DNA from: an uncultured Aquabacterium sp. | GTDB lineage: Bacteria > Pseudomonadota > Gammaproteobacteria > Burkholderiales > Burkholderiaceae_C | DNA: 44,235 nucleotides | Direction: 5' to 3' | Assembly: GCA_964404335.1 (NCBI GenBank) | Contig: CAYOJR010000002.1 | Coordinates: 1 to 44,235 of the forward strand | Shown: positions 11,567 to 21,197 of the stretch, one piece after another | Position numbering within the stretch: position 1 is the stretch's first letter | Layout: every line of letters begins with the position of its first letter | Translations under genes and position numbers: made by a program | Notes under the pieces: generated by a model | What the model saw: only the letters and a program-made list of their open reading frames with translations | What the model was told of the DNA's origin: nothing | The model's database searches: none

Positions 11567-11583
11567 TTGGCACGGTTCATGCA
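11567..11583 (+). promoter_or_regulatory. Sigma54 (-24/-12) promoter of glnK-amtB
   Basis: TTGGCACGGTTCATGCA = GG-N10-GC, 50 nt before the glnK ATG; glnK-amtB is a classical NtrC/sigma54 target. Confidence 0.82.
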
Positions 11584-11588
11584 GATAA

Positions 11589-11972
<384 letters not shown>

Positions 11973-12071
11973 TCGGGCCGCACGCCTGATCCAACTTTCG
12001 CATCTGTGGCCCACATGCCCTGCGGGGATGCAAGCCCTCACACCCTACGTTTTATCAAGAGGCATTCCATC

Positions 12072-13484
12072 ATGAAAAAGCTCATTGCGTCATTTGCGCT
12101 GGGGCTCGCGGCCTTCGGTCTGCTGGGCGTCGCCCACGCCCAGGAGGTTGCGGCATCGGCCCCCGAGATCGCGTCCGCCGTCGAGGCCGCCGTGGCGCCG
12201 GTCGCGGCCGTGGCCCCGGAGGCAGCCTCGGCCGCCGAAGCGGCTCCCACCCCCACCGTCAACAAGGGCGACACCGCCTGGATGATGGTGGCCACCCTGC
12301 TGGTGCTCATGATGGTCGTGCCCGGCCTGGCCCTGTTCTACGGTGGCCTGGTGCGCAGCAAGAACATGCTGTCGGTGCTGATGCAGGTGCTGATGGTCTT
12401 CTCACTGGTGTCGGTGCTGTGGGCTGCGTACGGCTACAGCCTGGCGTTCGGTGGGGCCGGCACCATCATCGGAGACCTGTCCAAGGCCTTCCTGAGCGGC
12501 ATCACGCCCGCGTCGATGGCTGACACCTTCACGCCGGATGCGAAGATTCCCGAACTGGTCTTCGTGGCCTTCCAGTGCACCTTCGCAGGCATCACCTGCG
12601 CCCTGATCGTCGGCGCCTTCGCCGAGCGCGTCAAGTTCGGTGCCGTGCTGTTGTTCACCGCCCTGTGGTTCACGTTCAGCTACCTGCCGATCGCCCACAT
12701 GGTGTGGGGTGCCGGTGGCTACCTGTTGAGCAAGGGTGCACTGGACTTCGCTGGCGGCACCGTGGTGCACATCAACTCGGCTGTGGCCGGTCTGGTGGGC
12801 GCCTACATGATCGGCAAACGCATTGGCTATGGCCGTGAGTCCTTCACCCCGCACTCGCTGACGCTGACCATGGTCGGTGCCTCGCTGCTGTGGGTGGGTT
12901 GGTTCGGTTTCAACGCTGGCTCCGCTCTGGAAGCCAACGGCAGTGCCGCCCTGGCCTTCATCAACACCCTGATGGCCACCGCCGCCGCCGTGCTGGCCTG
13001 GTGTGTGGGTGAAGCCCTGTTCAAGGGCAAGGCTTCGATGCTGGGTGCCGCTTCGGGTGCCGTGGCAGGCCTGGTGGTCATCACTCCGGCTTGCGGATCG
13101 GTCGGCCCGATGGGTGCGATCATCATGGGTCTGATCGCTGGCTTCATCTGCCTGTGGGGTGTCAGCGGACTCAAGAAGATGCTGGGCGCCGACGACGCAC
13201 TGGACGTGTTCGGTATCCATGGCGTGGGCGGCATTGTGGGCGCACTGCTGACCGGTGTGTTCACAGCGCCCAGCCTGGGCGGCACGGGTGCAGAAGACTT
13301 CTCCATCTCTCACCAGTTGCTGGTGCAGGCTGAAGGTGTGGTCATCACGATCGTCTGGTCAGGCATCGTGGCAGCGATCTGCTACAAGATCGTGGACATC
13401 GTGATCGGCCTGCGCGTGCCGGAAGACGAGGAGCGCGAGGGTCTGGACATCACCTCGCACGGCGAGACCGCTTACCACAAGTGA
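12072..13484 (+). CDS. amtB: Ammonium transporter
   Basis: Signal peptide, PGLALFYGG, DFAGGTVVH, LWVGWFGFNAGS, DDALDVFGIH, EREGLDITSHGE. Confidence 0.97.
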   Translation: MKKLIASFALGLAAFGLLGVAHAQEVAASAPEIASAVEAAVAPVAAVAPEAASAAEAAPTPTVNKGDTAWMMVATLLVLMMVVPGLALFYGGLVRSKNMLSVLMQVLMVFSLVSVLWAAYGYSLAFGGAGTIIGDLSKAFLSGITPASMADTFTPDAKIPELVFVAFQCTFAGITCALIVGAFAERVKFGAVLLFTALWFTFSYLPIAHMVWGAGGYLLSKGALDFAGGTVVHINSAVAGLVGAYMIGKRIGYGRESFTPHSLTLTMVGASLLWVGWFGFNAGSALEANGSAALAFINTLMATAAAVLAWCVGEALFKGKASMLGAASGAVAGLVVITPACGSVGPMGAIIMGLIAGFICLWGVSGLKKMLGADDALDVFGIHGVGGIVGALLTGVFTAPSLGGTGAEDFSISHQLLVQAEGVVITIVWSGIVAAICYKIVDIVIGLRVPEDEEREGLDITSHGETAYHK

Positions 13485-13535
13485 TGGAGTGAGCACTGGA
13501 TGGGAGACCGTGCGACGACACGGTCTCCAGCATGA

Positions 13536-13573
13536 AAAGAGGGCTTCTTTCGGGAGGCCCTCTTTGTTTTTTT
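13536..13573 (+). terminator. Rho-independent terminator after amtB
   Basis: AAAGAGGGCTTCT-TTCG-GGAGGCCCTCTTT followed by GTTTTTTT. Confidence 0.85.
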
Positions 13574-13664
13574 GCATCACTGCATTGCATGGGACTGAAT
13601 GCCAAGCGGCCCCGATCTTCCTAAAATAGGTTTCCACCTTCTGAACTCACAAGGCGCTTTCCCC

Positions 13665-14960
13665 ATGGTTCCTCACCTGATCACCGCGCTGACCGGCCCC
13701 ATCAACGAACTGGAGCAACGGATGCTGGAATCCGTGCCCGCCATCGAGCGCTGGTTTCGGCTGGAGTGGATGGAGCACACACCACCGTTCTACACCTCGG
13801 TGGACCTGCGCAATGCGGGATTCAAGCTCGCCCCGGTGGATACGAACCTGTTTCCGGGTGGTTTCAACAACCTGACGCCCGAGATGCTGCCGCTGGCGGT
13901 GCAGGCGGCCATGGCAGCCATCGAGAAGATCTGCCCGGAGGCCAAGAACCTGCTGCTGATCCCGGAAAAGCACACGCGCAACACCTTCTATTTGTCGAAT
14001 GTGGCGCGCCTGGTGCAGATCTTCACGCTGGCCGGGCTGAATGTGCGGCTGGGCTCACTGGACGAAACGATCACCGAGCCCACGGACATCGCCTTGCCCG
14101 ATGGCAGCCACTTGACGCTGGAGCCGCTGGTGCGCACACGGCACCGCCTGGGTCTCAAGCACTTCGACCCCTGCACCATCTTGCTCAACAACGACCTGTC
14201 GGCCGGGATCCCCGACATCCTGCAAGGTTTGCACGAGCAATATCTGCTGCCACCGCTGCACGCAGGCTGGGCAGTGCGCCGCAAGAGCCAGCACTTCGCG
14301 GCCTACGATGACGTGGCCAAGAAATTTTCCAAGCTGCTGGGCATGGACCCCTGGCTGATCAACCCGATGTACTCGGTGTGTGACGAGGTGAACTTCCAGG
14401 AGGGCACGGGCCTGGAATGCCTGGAGACGCAGGTGGACGCCATGCTGAACAAGGTGCGCCGCAAGTACAAGGAATACGGCATCAACGAAAAGCCCTTCGT
14501 GGTCGTCAAGCCCGACAACGGCACCTATGGCATGGGCATCATGACGGTGCGCGATGCCAAGGAGGTGGTCGACCTGAACCGCCGCACGCGCAACAAGATG
14601 TCGGTGGTCAAGGACGGCCAGGCGGTCAACCGCGTGCTGATCCAGGAAGGTGTCGCCACCTACGAACAGATCAACGAGGCCGTGGCCGAGCCTGTGGTCT
14701 ACATGATCGACCGCTATGTGGTGGGCGGCTTCTACCGCGTGCACGCCGAACGCGGCGTGGACGAGAACCTGAACGCCCCTGGCTCACATTTTGTTCCGCT
14801 GGGTTTTCCGGAACCGACGCAGTTGCCTCGCCCAGGCGTGAAACCCGGTGCCAGCACCCCGAACCGCTTTTACATGTACGGCGTGGTGGCACGGCTGGCA
14901 ATGGTGGCGGCCAGTTACGAACTGGAGGCAAATGACCCCAACGCGGAGCTCTACAACTGA
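13665..14960 (+). CDS. gshA: Glutamate--cysteine ligase (ATP-grasp type GshA)
   Basis: MVPHLITAL, FYTSVDLRNAGFKLAPVDTNLFPGGFNNL, KPDNGTYGMG, VVGGFYRVH, ENLNAPG; gshB nearby. Confidence 0.93.
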   Translation: MVPHLITALTGPINELEQRMLESVPAIERWFRLEWMEHTPPFYTSVDLRNAGFKLAPVDTNLFPGGFNNLTPEMLPLAVQAAMAAIEKICPEAKNLLLIPEKHTRNTFYLSNVARLVQIFTLAGLNVRLGSLDETITEPTDIALPDGSHLTLEPLVRTRHRLGLKHFDPCTILLNNDLSAGIPDILQGLHEQYLLPPLHAGWAVRRKSQHFAAYDDVAKKFSKLLGMDPWLINPMYSVCDEVNFQEGTGLECLETQVDAMLNKVRRKYKEYGINEKPFVVVKPDNGTYGMGIMTVRDAKEVVDLNRRTRNKMSVVKDGQAVNRVLIQEGVATYEQINEAVAEPVVYMIDRYVVGGFYRVHAERGVDENLNAPGSHFVPLGFPEPTQLPRPGVKPGASTPNRFYMYGVVARLAMVAASYELEANDPNAELYN

Positions 14961-15044
14961 GGAACATGCACTGTTGCGGTGCAACAAAATTTCTGCGAAC
15001 ACAGGCAGAATGGCGAACTTCTAGTTTCGTGAAACACCTCTATC

Positions 15045-16931
15045 GTGCAGCACGCCCCTCACGCCAAACCCAATGCCAAAGACCTGGCGGCCCTCACGTT
15101 GGGCGCCATCGGCATCGTCTATGGCGACATTGGCACCAGTCCGCTGTACGCTCTCAAGGAGGTGTTCAACCACAACCACCTGCCTCTGACACCTGAGAAC
15201 ATCTACGGCATCTTGTCGATGATGTTCTGGACCCTGACGGTGATCGTGTCGCTGAAGTATGTGACGCTGATCCTGCGCGCGGACAACAACGGTGAAGGTG
15301 GTCTGGTGGCGATGCTGACACTGGCATCCACGGCCGTGAAAGATCGGCCCGCCCTGCGGAGCAAGTTGCTGGCCTTGGGCATCTTCGGCACGGCCATTTT
15401 CTTCGGCGACGGGGTGATCACACCGGCCATTTCGGTGCTGTCGGCTGTCGAAGGCATGGAAGTGGCCGCACCGCAGCTGGAGCGCTATGTGGTGCCCATC
15501 ACGCTGGTGGTGCTGACGCTGCTGTTCATGGTGCAAAAGCATGGCACCAGCGGCATCGGCAAGTTTTTTGGACCTGTCACGGCCCTGTGGTTCATCGTCG
15601 TGGCCGTGCTGGGTCTGATCCACATCGTGCAAAACCCGGCGGTGCTGGCCGCCATGAACCCGCTGTACGCTGTGCGCTTCATGGTCGATCACCCGATGCT
15701 GGCCTTCGTGGCCCTCGGTGCCGTCATCCTGTGCGCCACCGGCGCCGAGGCGCTGTACGCCGACATGGGCCACTTCGGCAAGCTGCCCGTCCGTCTGGCC
15801 TGGTTCAGTCTGGTCATGCCGGCCCTGGTGCTGAACTACTTTGGGCAGGGCGCCATGCTGCTGGCCCACCCTGAAAACGTTGCCAACCCCTTCTTTGAAA
15901 TGGCGCCGCACTGGGCGCTTTACCCCCTGGTGGGCCTGGCCACCTGTGCCACGGTGATCGCGTCACAGGCCTTGATCACGGCCGCTTTCTCGGTCACCAA
16001 GCAGGTGATCCAGTTGGGCTATCTGCCGCGTCTGCGCATCCTGCACACCTCCGAGAAGGAAACCGGGCAGATCTACATCCCCTTCGTGAACTGGGCACTG
16101 TACGGTTGCATCGTGCTGGCCGTGATCTTCTTCGGCTCCAGCGGCAAATTGGCGGCGGCCTACGGCATCACGGTCACCATCGACATGATGATCACCACGG
16201 TGATGACCTTCTTCGTCATCCGCTTTGCCTGGAAGATGTCCTGGCTGGTGTGTGTGCTGGCGACGGCCTTCTTCTTTGCAATCGACCTGATGTTCTTCAG
16301 CGCCAACGTCATCAAGGTGATCGACGGCGGCTGGTTCCCCCTGCTGATCGGCGTCGTGATGTTCAGCCTGATGATGACCTGGAAGGATGGCCGCGAGCTG
16401 CTCAGCGCCAGCCTGCGCTCCGACGCCATTGACCTGCGCCCCTTCCTGGAAGCCGTGTTCTGCAGCCCTCCCCTGCGCGTGGCCGGTACGGCCGTGTTTC
16501 TGAATGCCGATGCAGGCACCACCCCGAATGCCCTGCTGCACAACCTCAAGCACAACAAGGTGCTGCACAAGCAGAACCTGTTTGTGACGGTGCGCTCGCA
16601 TGAGGTGCCCTGGATCCCGCTGAAGAACCGCATCGAGGTGGAAGACCTGGGCAATGACTGCTGGCAGGTCATCCTGCACTATGGATTCAAGAACGAGCCC
16701 GATGTACCGCGTGCGCTGAAGTTGCTCAAGGAGCACAGCGTGTTCATCGAAGACATGGAAACGAGCTATTTCCTGTCGCGCGACATCGTGATCCCGACCA
16801 TGGGCGGCGACATGGCCCCCTGGCGTGAAAAGCTGTTCGCCGGCATGCACCGCAATGCCTCGGGCGCGGCCGCCTTCCTGAAGCTGCCCACCAACCGCGT
16901 GGTAGAACTGGGCTCCAAGGTGGAGATCTGA
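15045..16931 (+). CDS. kup: Potassium uptake transporter Kup
   Basis: [67 protein letters not shown]. Confidence 0.96.
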   Translation: MQHAPHAKPNAKDLAALTLGAIGIVYGDIGTSPLYALKEVFNHNHLPLTPENIYGILSMMFWTLTVIVSLKYVTLILRADNNGEGGLVAMLTLASTAVKDRPALRSKLLALGIFGTAIFFGDGVITPAISVLSAVEGMEVAAPQLERYVVPITLVVLTLLFMVQKHGTSGIGKFFGPVTALWFIVVAVLGLIHIVQNPAVLAAMNPLYAVRFMVDHPMLAFVALGAVILCATGAEALYADMGHFGKLPVRLAWFSLVMPALVLNYFGQGAMLLAHPENVANPFFEMAPHWALYPLVGLATCATVIASQALITAAFSVTKQVIQLGYLPRLRILHTSEKETGQIYIPFVNWALYGCIVLAVIFFGSSGKLAAAYGITVTIDMMITTVMTFFVIRFAWKMSWLVCVLATAFFFAIDLMFFSANVIKVIDGGWFPLLIGVVMFSLMMTWKDGRELLSASLRSDAIDLRPFLEAVFCSPPLRVAGTAVFLNADAGTTPNALLHNLKHNKVLHKQNLFVTVRSHEVPWIPLKNRIEVEDLGNDCWQVILHYGFKNEPDVPRALKLLKEHSVFIEDMETSYFLSRDIVIPTMGGDMAPWREKLFAGMHRNASGAAAFLKLPTNRVVELGSKVEI

Positions 16932-18133
16932 GCGAGACGCCGCTCTCCCTGCGCCAGATCGCCCGGGACACCTCCCTCACGGCGATCTCGTCCGGCTTCG
17001 TCGCCACGCTGGTGGGTTTCACCAGCACCATCGCGCTGATCTTCCACGCTGCCCAGTCGCTGGGCGCCACCCCGGCCCAGGTGACGTCCTGGGTGCTGGC
17101 GTTGGGCGTGGGCATGGGCTTGGGCACGCTGGGCCTGTCGCTGTGGGCGCGCGCGCCCATCCTCATCACCTGGTCCACGCCGGGTGCCGCCGTGATCGCG
17201 AGTGCGGCCCAAGGCGTGAGCCTGGCCGAAGCCACCGGCGCCTTTGTGCTGTGCGGTGTGCTGATGTGGTTGTGCGGGGTCACGGGCTGGTTCGAGCGCG
17301 TCATGAACCGCATCCCGGTGGCGCTGGCCGCTGCCCTGCTGGCCGGCATCCTCGCCAAGTTCGCGCTGCTGGCTTTTGCAGCAACCACGCGCCAGCCGAC
17401 GCTGGTGATCGGCATGCTGTTCACTTACCTGCTGGGCAAGCGCCTGTGGCCGCGCTACGCCATCCCCGGCGTGCTGGTGATGGGGGTGCTGCTGACCGTT
17501 GGGCAGGGGCAGTTGCACACGGCCGCCTTGCGTTGGGAGCCGGCCTTGCCGGTCTGGGTGACGCCGCAGTGGTCGTGGCAGGCCATGCTGGGCATGGGCT
17601 TGCCGCTGTTCATCGTGACCATGGCGTCACAGGCCGTGCCGGGCGTGTCGGCCATTCGCGTGTTTGGCTACCGCACCCCGGTGTCGCCCTTGATGAGCTG
17701 GTCGGGGGTGATCACGGTGCTGCTGGCACCCTTTGGGGGCTATGCCTTCAACCTGGCCGCCATCACCGCCACCATCGTGCTGCAGCCGCACGCCCACCCC
17801 GATGCCCACAAGCGTTACACCGCCGCTCTGGTAGCCGGTCTGTTCTACCTCGTGATGGCCGCGCTGGGCGGTGCCGTGGCCGGCGTCTTGACCGCCTTTC
17901 CCCCCGCGCTCATCATGGGTGTGGCCGGACTGGCCTTGCTGGGTACCATCGCGAACGGGCTGGCCGCCTCGCTCCAGGACGCTCGCTACCGTGAGGCCGC
18001 CGTGATCACGTTTCTGGTGACACTGTCGGGCGTCACGCTGATGGGCGTGGGCTCGGCCTTCTGGGGCCTGGTGGCCGGCGTGTTGACGCTGTTCGTGGAA
18101 CACTTCAGGGCGCGCCCCTCTGGTGCACCCTGA
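16928..18133 (+). CDS. benE: BenE-family benzoate/H+ symporter-like membrane protein
   Basis: [44 protein letters not shown]; start uncertain (CTG 16928 proposed, first canonical GTG 17012). Confidence 0.85.
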   Translation: MSETPLSLRQIARDTSLTAISSGFVATLVGFTSTIALIFHAAQSLGATPAQVTSWVLALGVGMGLGTLGLSLWARAPILITWSTPGAAVIASAAQGVSLAEATGAFVLCGVLMWLCGVTGWFERVMNRIPVALAAALLAGILAKFALLAFAATTRQPTLVIGMLFTYLLGKRLWPRYAIPGVLVMGVLLTVGQGQLHTAALRWEPALPVWVTPQWSWQAMLGMGLPLFIVTMASQAVPGVSAIRVFGYRTPVSPLMSWSGVITVLLAPFGGYAFNLAAITATIVLQPHAHPDAHKRYTAALVAGLFYLVMAALGGAVAGVLTAFPPALIMGVAGLALLGTIANGLAASLQDARYREAAVITFLVTLSGVTLMGVGSAFWGLVAGVLTLFVEHFRARPSGAP

Positions 18134-18220
18134 AACGCCTCGGCCTGCGCCAGAGACACGGCCCGGACCTGTCTGCCACGCGCGCCATCGCCCCTCCTTC
18201 ACGATCGACTGCATCTCACC

Positions 18221-19180
18221 ATGAAACTCCTGTTTGTTGCCGACCCGCTGCACACCTTCAAGACCCACAAGGACAGCACCTTCGCAATGATGCGCGAGGC
18301 CGCCTCACGCGGACATGAGCTGTGGGCCTGCGAGCCACAACAGCTCGTGTGGCAACGCGGCAGCCTGGTGCAGGCGCAGGCCCGCCGCATCACCCTGACT
18401 GGCGATGCGCACGACTGGTTCGACGAGCAGGAGCAGGCCCTGGTGGCGCTGAGCAGCATGGATGCGGTGCTGATGCGCAAGGACCCGCCGTTTGACGCTG
18501 AGTACCTGTACGCCACCCACCTGCTGACCCAGGCCGAGCGCGAAGGCGCGCGCGTCTTCAACAAACCGCAGGCGCTGCGCGAGCACCCGGAAAAGCTGGC
18601 CATCCTTGAGTTCCCGCTGCACATCGCGCCCACCCTGGTCACTTGCAGCATCGAGGCCGTGCGCGCCTTCCACGCCGAGCACCGCGACATCATCCTCAAG
18701 CCACTGGACGGCATGGGCGGCATGGGCATCTTCCGCGTGAAGGACGATGGCCTGAACCTGGGCAGCATCGCCGAAACGCTGACCAAGGACGGCACGCAGA
18801 CCATCATGGTGCAGGCCTTCCTGCCGGCCATCAGCGCCGGTGACAAGCGCGTGCTGGTGATTGATGGCGAACCCGTGCCCTATGCCCTGGCCCGCATCCC
18901 GCAAGGCGGCGAGGTGCGCGGCAATCTGGCGGCCGGTGGCAAGGGCGTGGCTCAGCCTTTGAGCGAGTCCGACTGGGCGATTGCCCGCGAACTGGGGCCG
19001 ATTCTGGCCGCGCGCGGTCTGCTGCTGGTGGGCCTGGACATCATCGGTGACCGCCTCACCGAGATCAACGTGACCAGCCCGACCTGCTTCCAGGAGATCA
19101 CCGACCAGACCGGCTGGAACGTGGCCCAACGCTTCATCGACGCGCTCGAAAGCGCCGTGCAGCGCCAGCAGCGACAATGA
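18221..19180 (+). CDS. gshB: Glutathione synthetase
   Basis: KDSTFAMM, MRKDPPFD, KPLDGMGG, GDKRVL, RGNLAAGG, EINVTSPTC. Confidence 0.97.
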   Translation: MKLLFVADPLHTFKTHKDSTFAMMREAASRGHELWACEPQQLVWQRGSLVQAQARRITLTGDAHDWFDEQEQALVALSSMDAVLMRKDPPFDAEYLYATHLLTQAEREGARVFNKPQALREHPEKLAILEFPLHIAPTLVTCSIEAVRAFHAEHRDIILKPLDGMGGMGIFRVKDDGLNLGSIAETLTKDGTQTIMVQAFLPAISAGDKRVLVIDGEPVPYALARIPQGGEVRGNLAAGGKGVAQPLSESDWAIARELGPILAARGLLLVGLDIIGDRLTEINVTSPTCFQEITDQTGWNVAQRFIDALESAVQRQQRQ

Positions 19181-19186
19181 ACCCCT

Positions 19187-19214
19187 GCGCCGGCGAGGCT
19201 GGCGCCTTCTTTTT
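19187..19214 (+). terminator. Possible terminator after gshB
   Basis: GCGCCGGC-GAG-GCTGGCGC then CTTCTTTTT. Confidence 0.5.
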
Positions 19215-19235
19215 CCTCTCTGGATCGTTTCTTTC

Positions 19236-21173
19236 ATGGCTCTTTTGACCCTGAGCGATGCCTGCCTGGCCTATGGCCACGTGGCCCTGCTCGACCACGC
19301 CGCCTTTGCGCTCGAAACCGGTGAACGCGTTGGCCTGATCGGCCGCAATGGCACCGGCAAATCCTCGCTGCTGAAAATCATGGCCGGGCTGGAGAAGCCC
19401 GACGACGGCCTGCTGCAGGTGCAAAACGGCATCGACATCGCCTATGTGCCGCAGGAGCCCAGCTTTGCCAACGGCGCCACCGTGTTCAGCACCGTCAGCG
19501 AGGGGCTGGCCGAAGTCAAAGCCGCCCGTGAGCGCTTCGAGGCCCACGAAGAAGGCGCCGATCTGGACGCCCTGATGACCTTCATCGAGGCACGCAATGG
19601 CTGGAACTGGGAGCAGCGGGTTGACGAGACCCTGCAGCGTCTGCGCCTGGATGCGAGCCTGGCGATCGACGGCCTGTCGGGTGGCACCAAGAAGCGTGTG
19701 GCGCTGGCGCGTGCGCTGGTGGCCAGCCCGGACGTGCTCTTTCTGGACGAACCAACCAACCACCTGGACCTGGACGCGATTGCCTGGCTGGAAGAGCTGC
19801 TGGTGGCCTTCAAGGGTGCCATCGTGCTGATCTCCCACGATCGCGCCTTCCTGGACAACGTCTGTACCCGCATCGTCGAGCTCGATCGGGGTGAGTTGCG
19901 CACCTATCCTGGCAATTTCACGGCCTACCAGGGGCTCAAGGCCCAGCAGCTGGCCGACGAGGCGGTCACCAACGCCAAGTTCGACAAGCTGCTGGCCCAG
20001 GAAGAGATCTGGATCCGCAAGGGTGTGGAAGCCCGCCGCACCCGCGCGGTGGCCCGCATCAAGCGCCTGGACGAGTTGCGCAGCACCCGTGCGGCGCGCC
20101 GTGAGGTGATCGGTCGCGTCAAGCTGGACGTCTCGCAAGGCGACCGCAGCGGCAAGATCGTGGCCGAGCTGGAGAACGTCTCCAAGGCCTTCGGCGGCCG
20201 CACCGTGGTGCGCGATTTCAGCGGCACCATCTTGCGTGGCGACAAGGTGGGCCTGGTGGGCCCCAATGGTGCAGGCAAGACCACGCTGCTGAAGATGATC
20301 CTGGGCGAGCTGGCCCCGGACAGCGGCACAGTCAGGCAAGGTGCCAACCTGCAGGTCGCCTACTTCGACCAGATGCGCGACCACCTCAACCTGGACGCCA
20401 CCCTGGCCGACTTCATCAGCCCGGGCAGCGAGTGGATCGACATCAACGGCTCGCGCAAGCACGTGATGGGCTATCTGCAGGACTTCCTGTTCTCGCCAGC
20501 CCGTGCCAATTCACCGGTGCGCACCCTCAGCGGTGGTGAACGCAACCGCCTGCTGCTGGCGCGCCTGTTCGCCAAGCCCAGCAATGTGCTGGTGCTCGAC
20601 GAACCGACCAACGACCTGGACATCGACACGCTCGACCTGCTGGAAGACCTGCTGGCCGACTATCCGGGCACCGTCTTCCTGGTCAGCCACGACCGGCGCT
20701 TCCTCGACAACGTGGTCACCTCGACCCTCGTGGCCGAAGGTGACGGACGCTGGCGCGAGTACGAAGGTGGTGTGGAAGACTGGTTGATCCAGTCGCGCCG
20801 AGCGCAGGCACTGGCAGCCGGCAAACCGGGTGCGGCAGCGATTGCCTCGGCCTCCAAGCAAGGTGCAGCGGCCGACAGCCGCACACCCGTGGCGGTGGTG
20901 CCCGACACGGCACCGGCAGCGCCCGCTGCCGCACCGGTGGTGGCACAGCCCAAGCGCAAGCTCAGCTACAAGGAGCAGCGCGAGCTGGACGATCTGCCCG
21001 GTCGCATCGAAGCGCTGGAAACCGAACAGGCCGAGCTCAACCAGCAACTGGCCGACCCGGACATCTACCGCAAGGAAGGCGCCAATGTCGCAGCCATGCA
21101 TGCCCGCGTCGAGGTGATCGACGAAGAGCTGATGGGCTTGCTGGAACGTTGGGAAGTACTGGGCGGACGCTGA
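19236..21173 (+). CDS. uup: ABC-F ATPase Uup
   Basis: Two ABC domains (GRNGTGKS, GPNGAGKT, LSGG, LDEPTN), EEIWIRKGVEARRTR linker, C-terminal KLSYKEQREL. Confidence 0.93.
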   Translation: MALLTLSDACLAYGHVALLDHAAFALETGERVGLIGRNGTGKSSLLKIMAGLEKPDDGLLQVQNGIDIAYVPQEPSFANGATVFSTVSEGLAEVKAARERFEAHEEGADLDALMTFIEARNGWNWEQRVDETLQRLRLDASLAIDGLSGGTKKRVALARALVASPDVLFLDEPTNHLDLDAIAWLEELLVAFKGAIVLISHDRAFLDNVCTRIVELDRGELRTYPGNFTAYQGLKAQQLADEAVTNAKFDKLLAQEEIWIRKGVEARRTRAVARIKRLDELRSTRAARREVIGRVKLDVSQGDRSGKIVAELENVSKAFGGRTVVRDFSGTILRGDKVGLVGPNGAGKTTLLKMILGELAPDSGTVRQGANLQVAYFDQMRDHLNLDATLADFISPGSEWIDINGSRKHVMGYLQDFLFSPARANSPVRTLSGGERNRLLLARLFAKPSNVLVLDEPTNDLDIDTLDLLEDLLADYPGTVFLVSHDRRFLDNVVTSTLVAEGDGRWREYEGGVEDWLIQSRRAQALAAGKPGAAAIASASKQGAAADSRTPVAVVPDTAPAAPAAAPVVAQPKRKLSYKEQRELDDLPGRIEALETEQAELNQQLADPDIYRKEGANVAAMHARVEVIDEELMGLLERWEVLGGR

Positions 21174-21197
21174 ACACGCCCGAGGCCAGACGGCGGC

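Noticed and set aside
12140-12260. Ala/Pro/Glu-rich quasi-repeats in the AmtB N-terminus (also the IhfB tail and Uup linker)
   Set aside because: Low-complexity protein linkers, not exact DNA repeats or CRISPR
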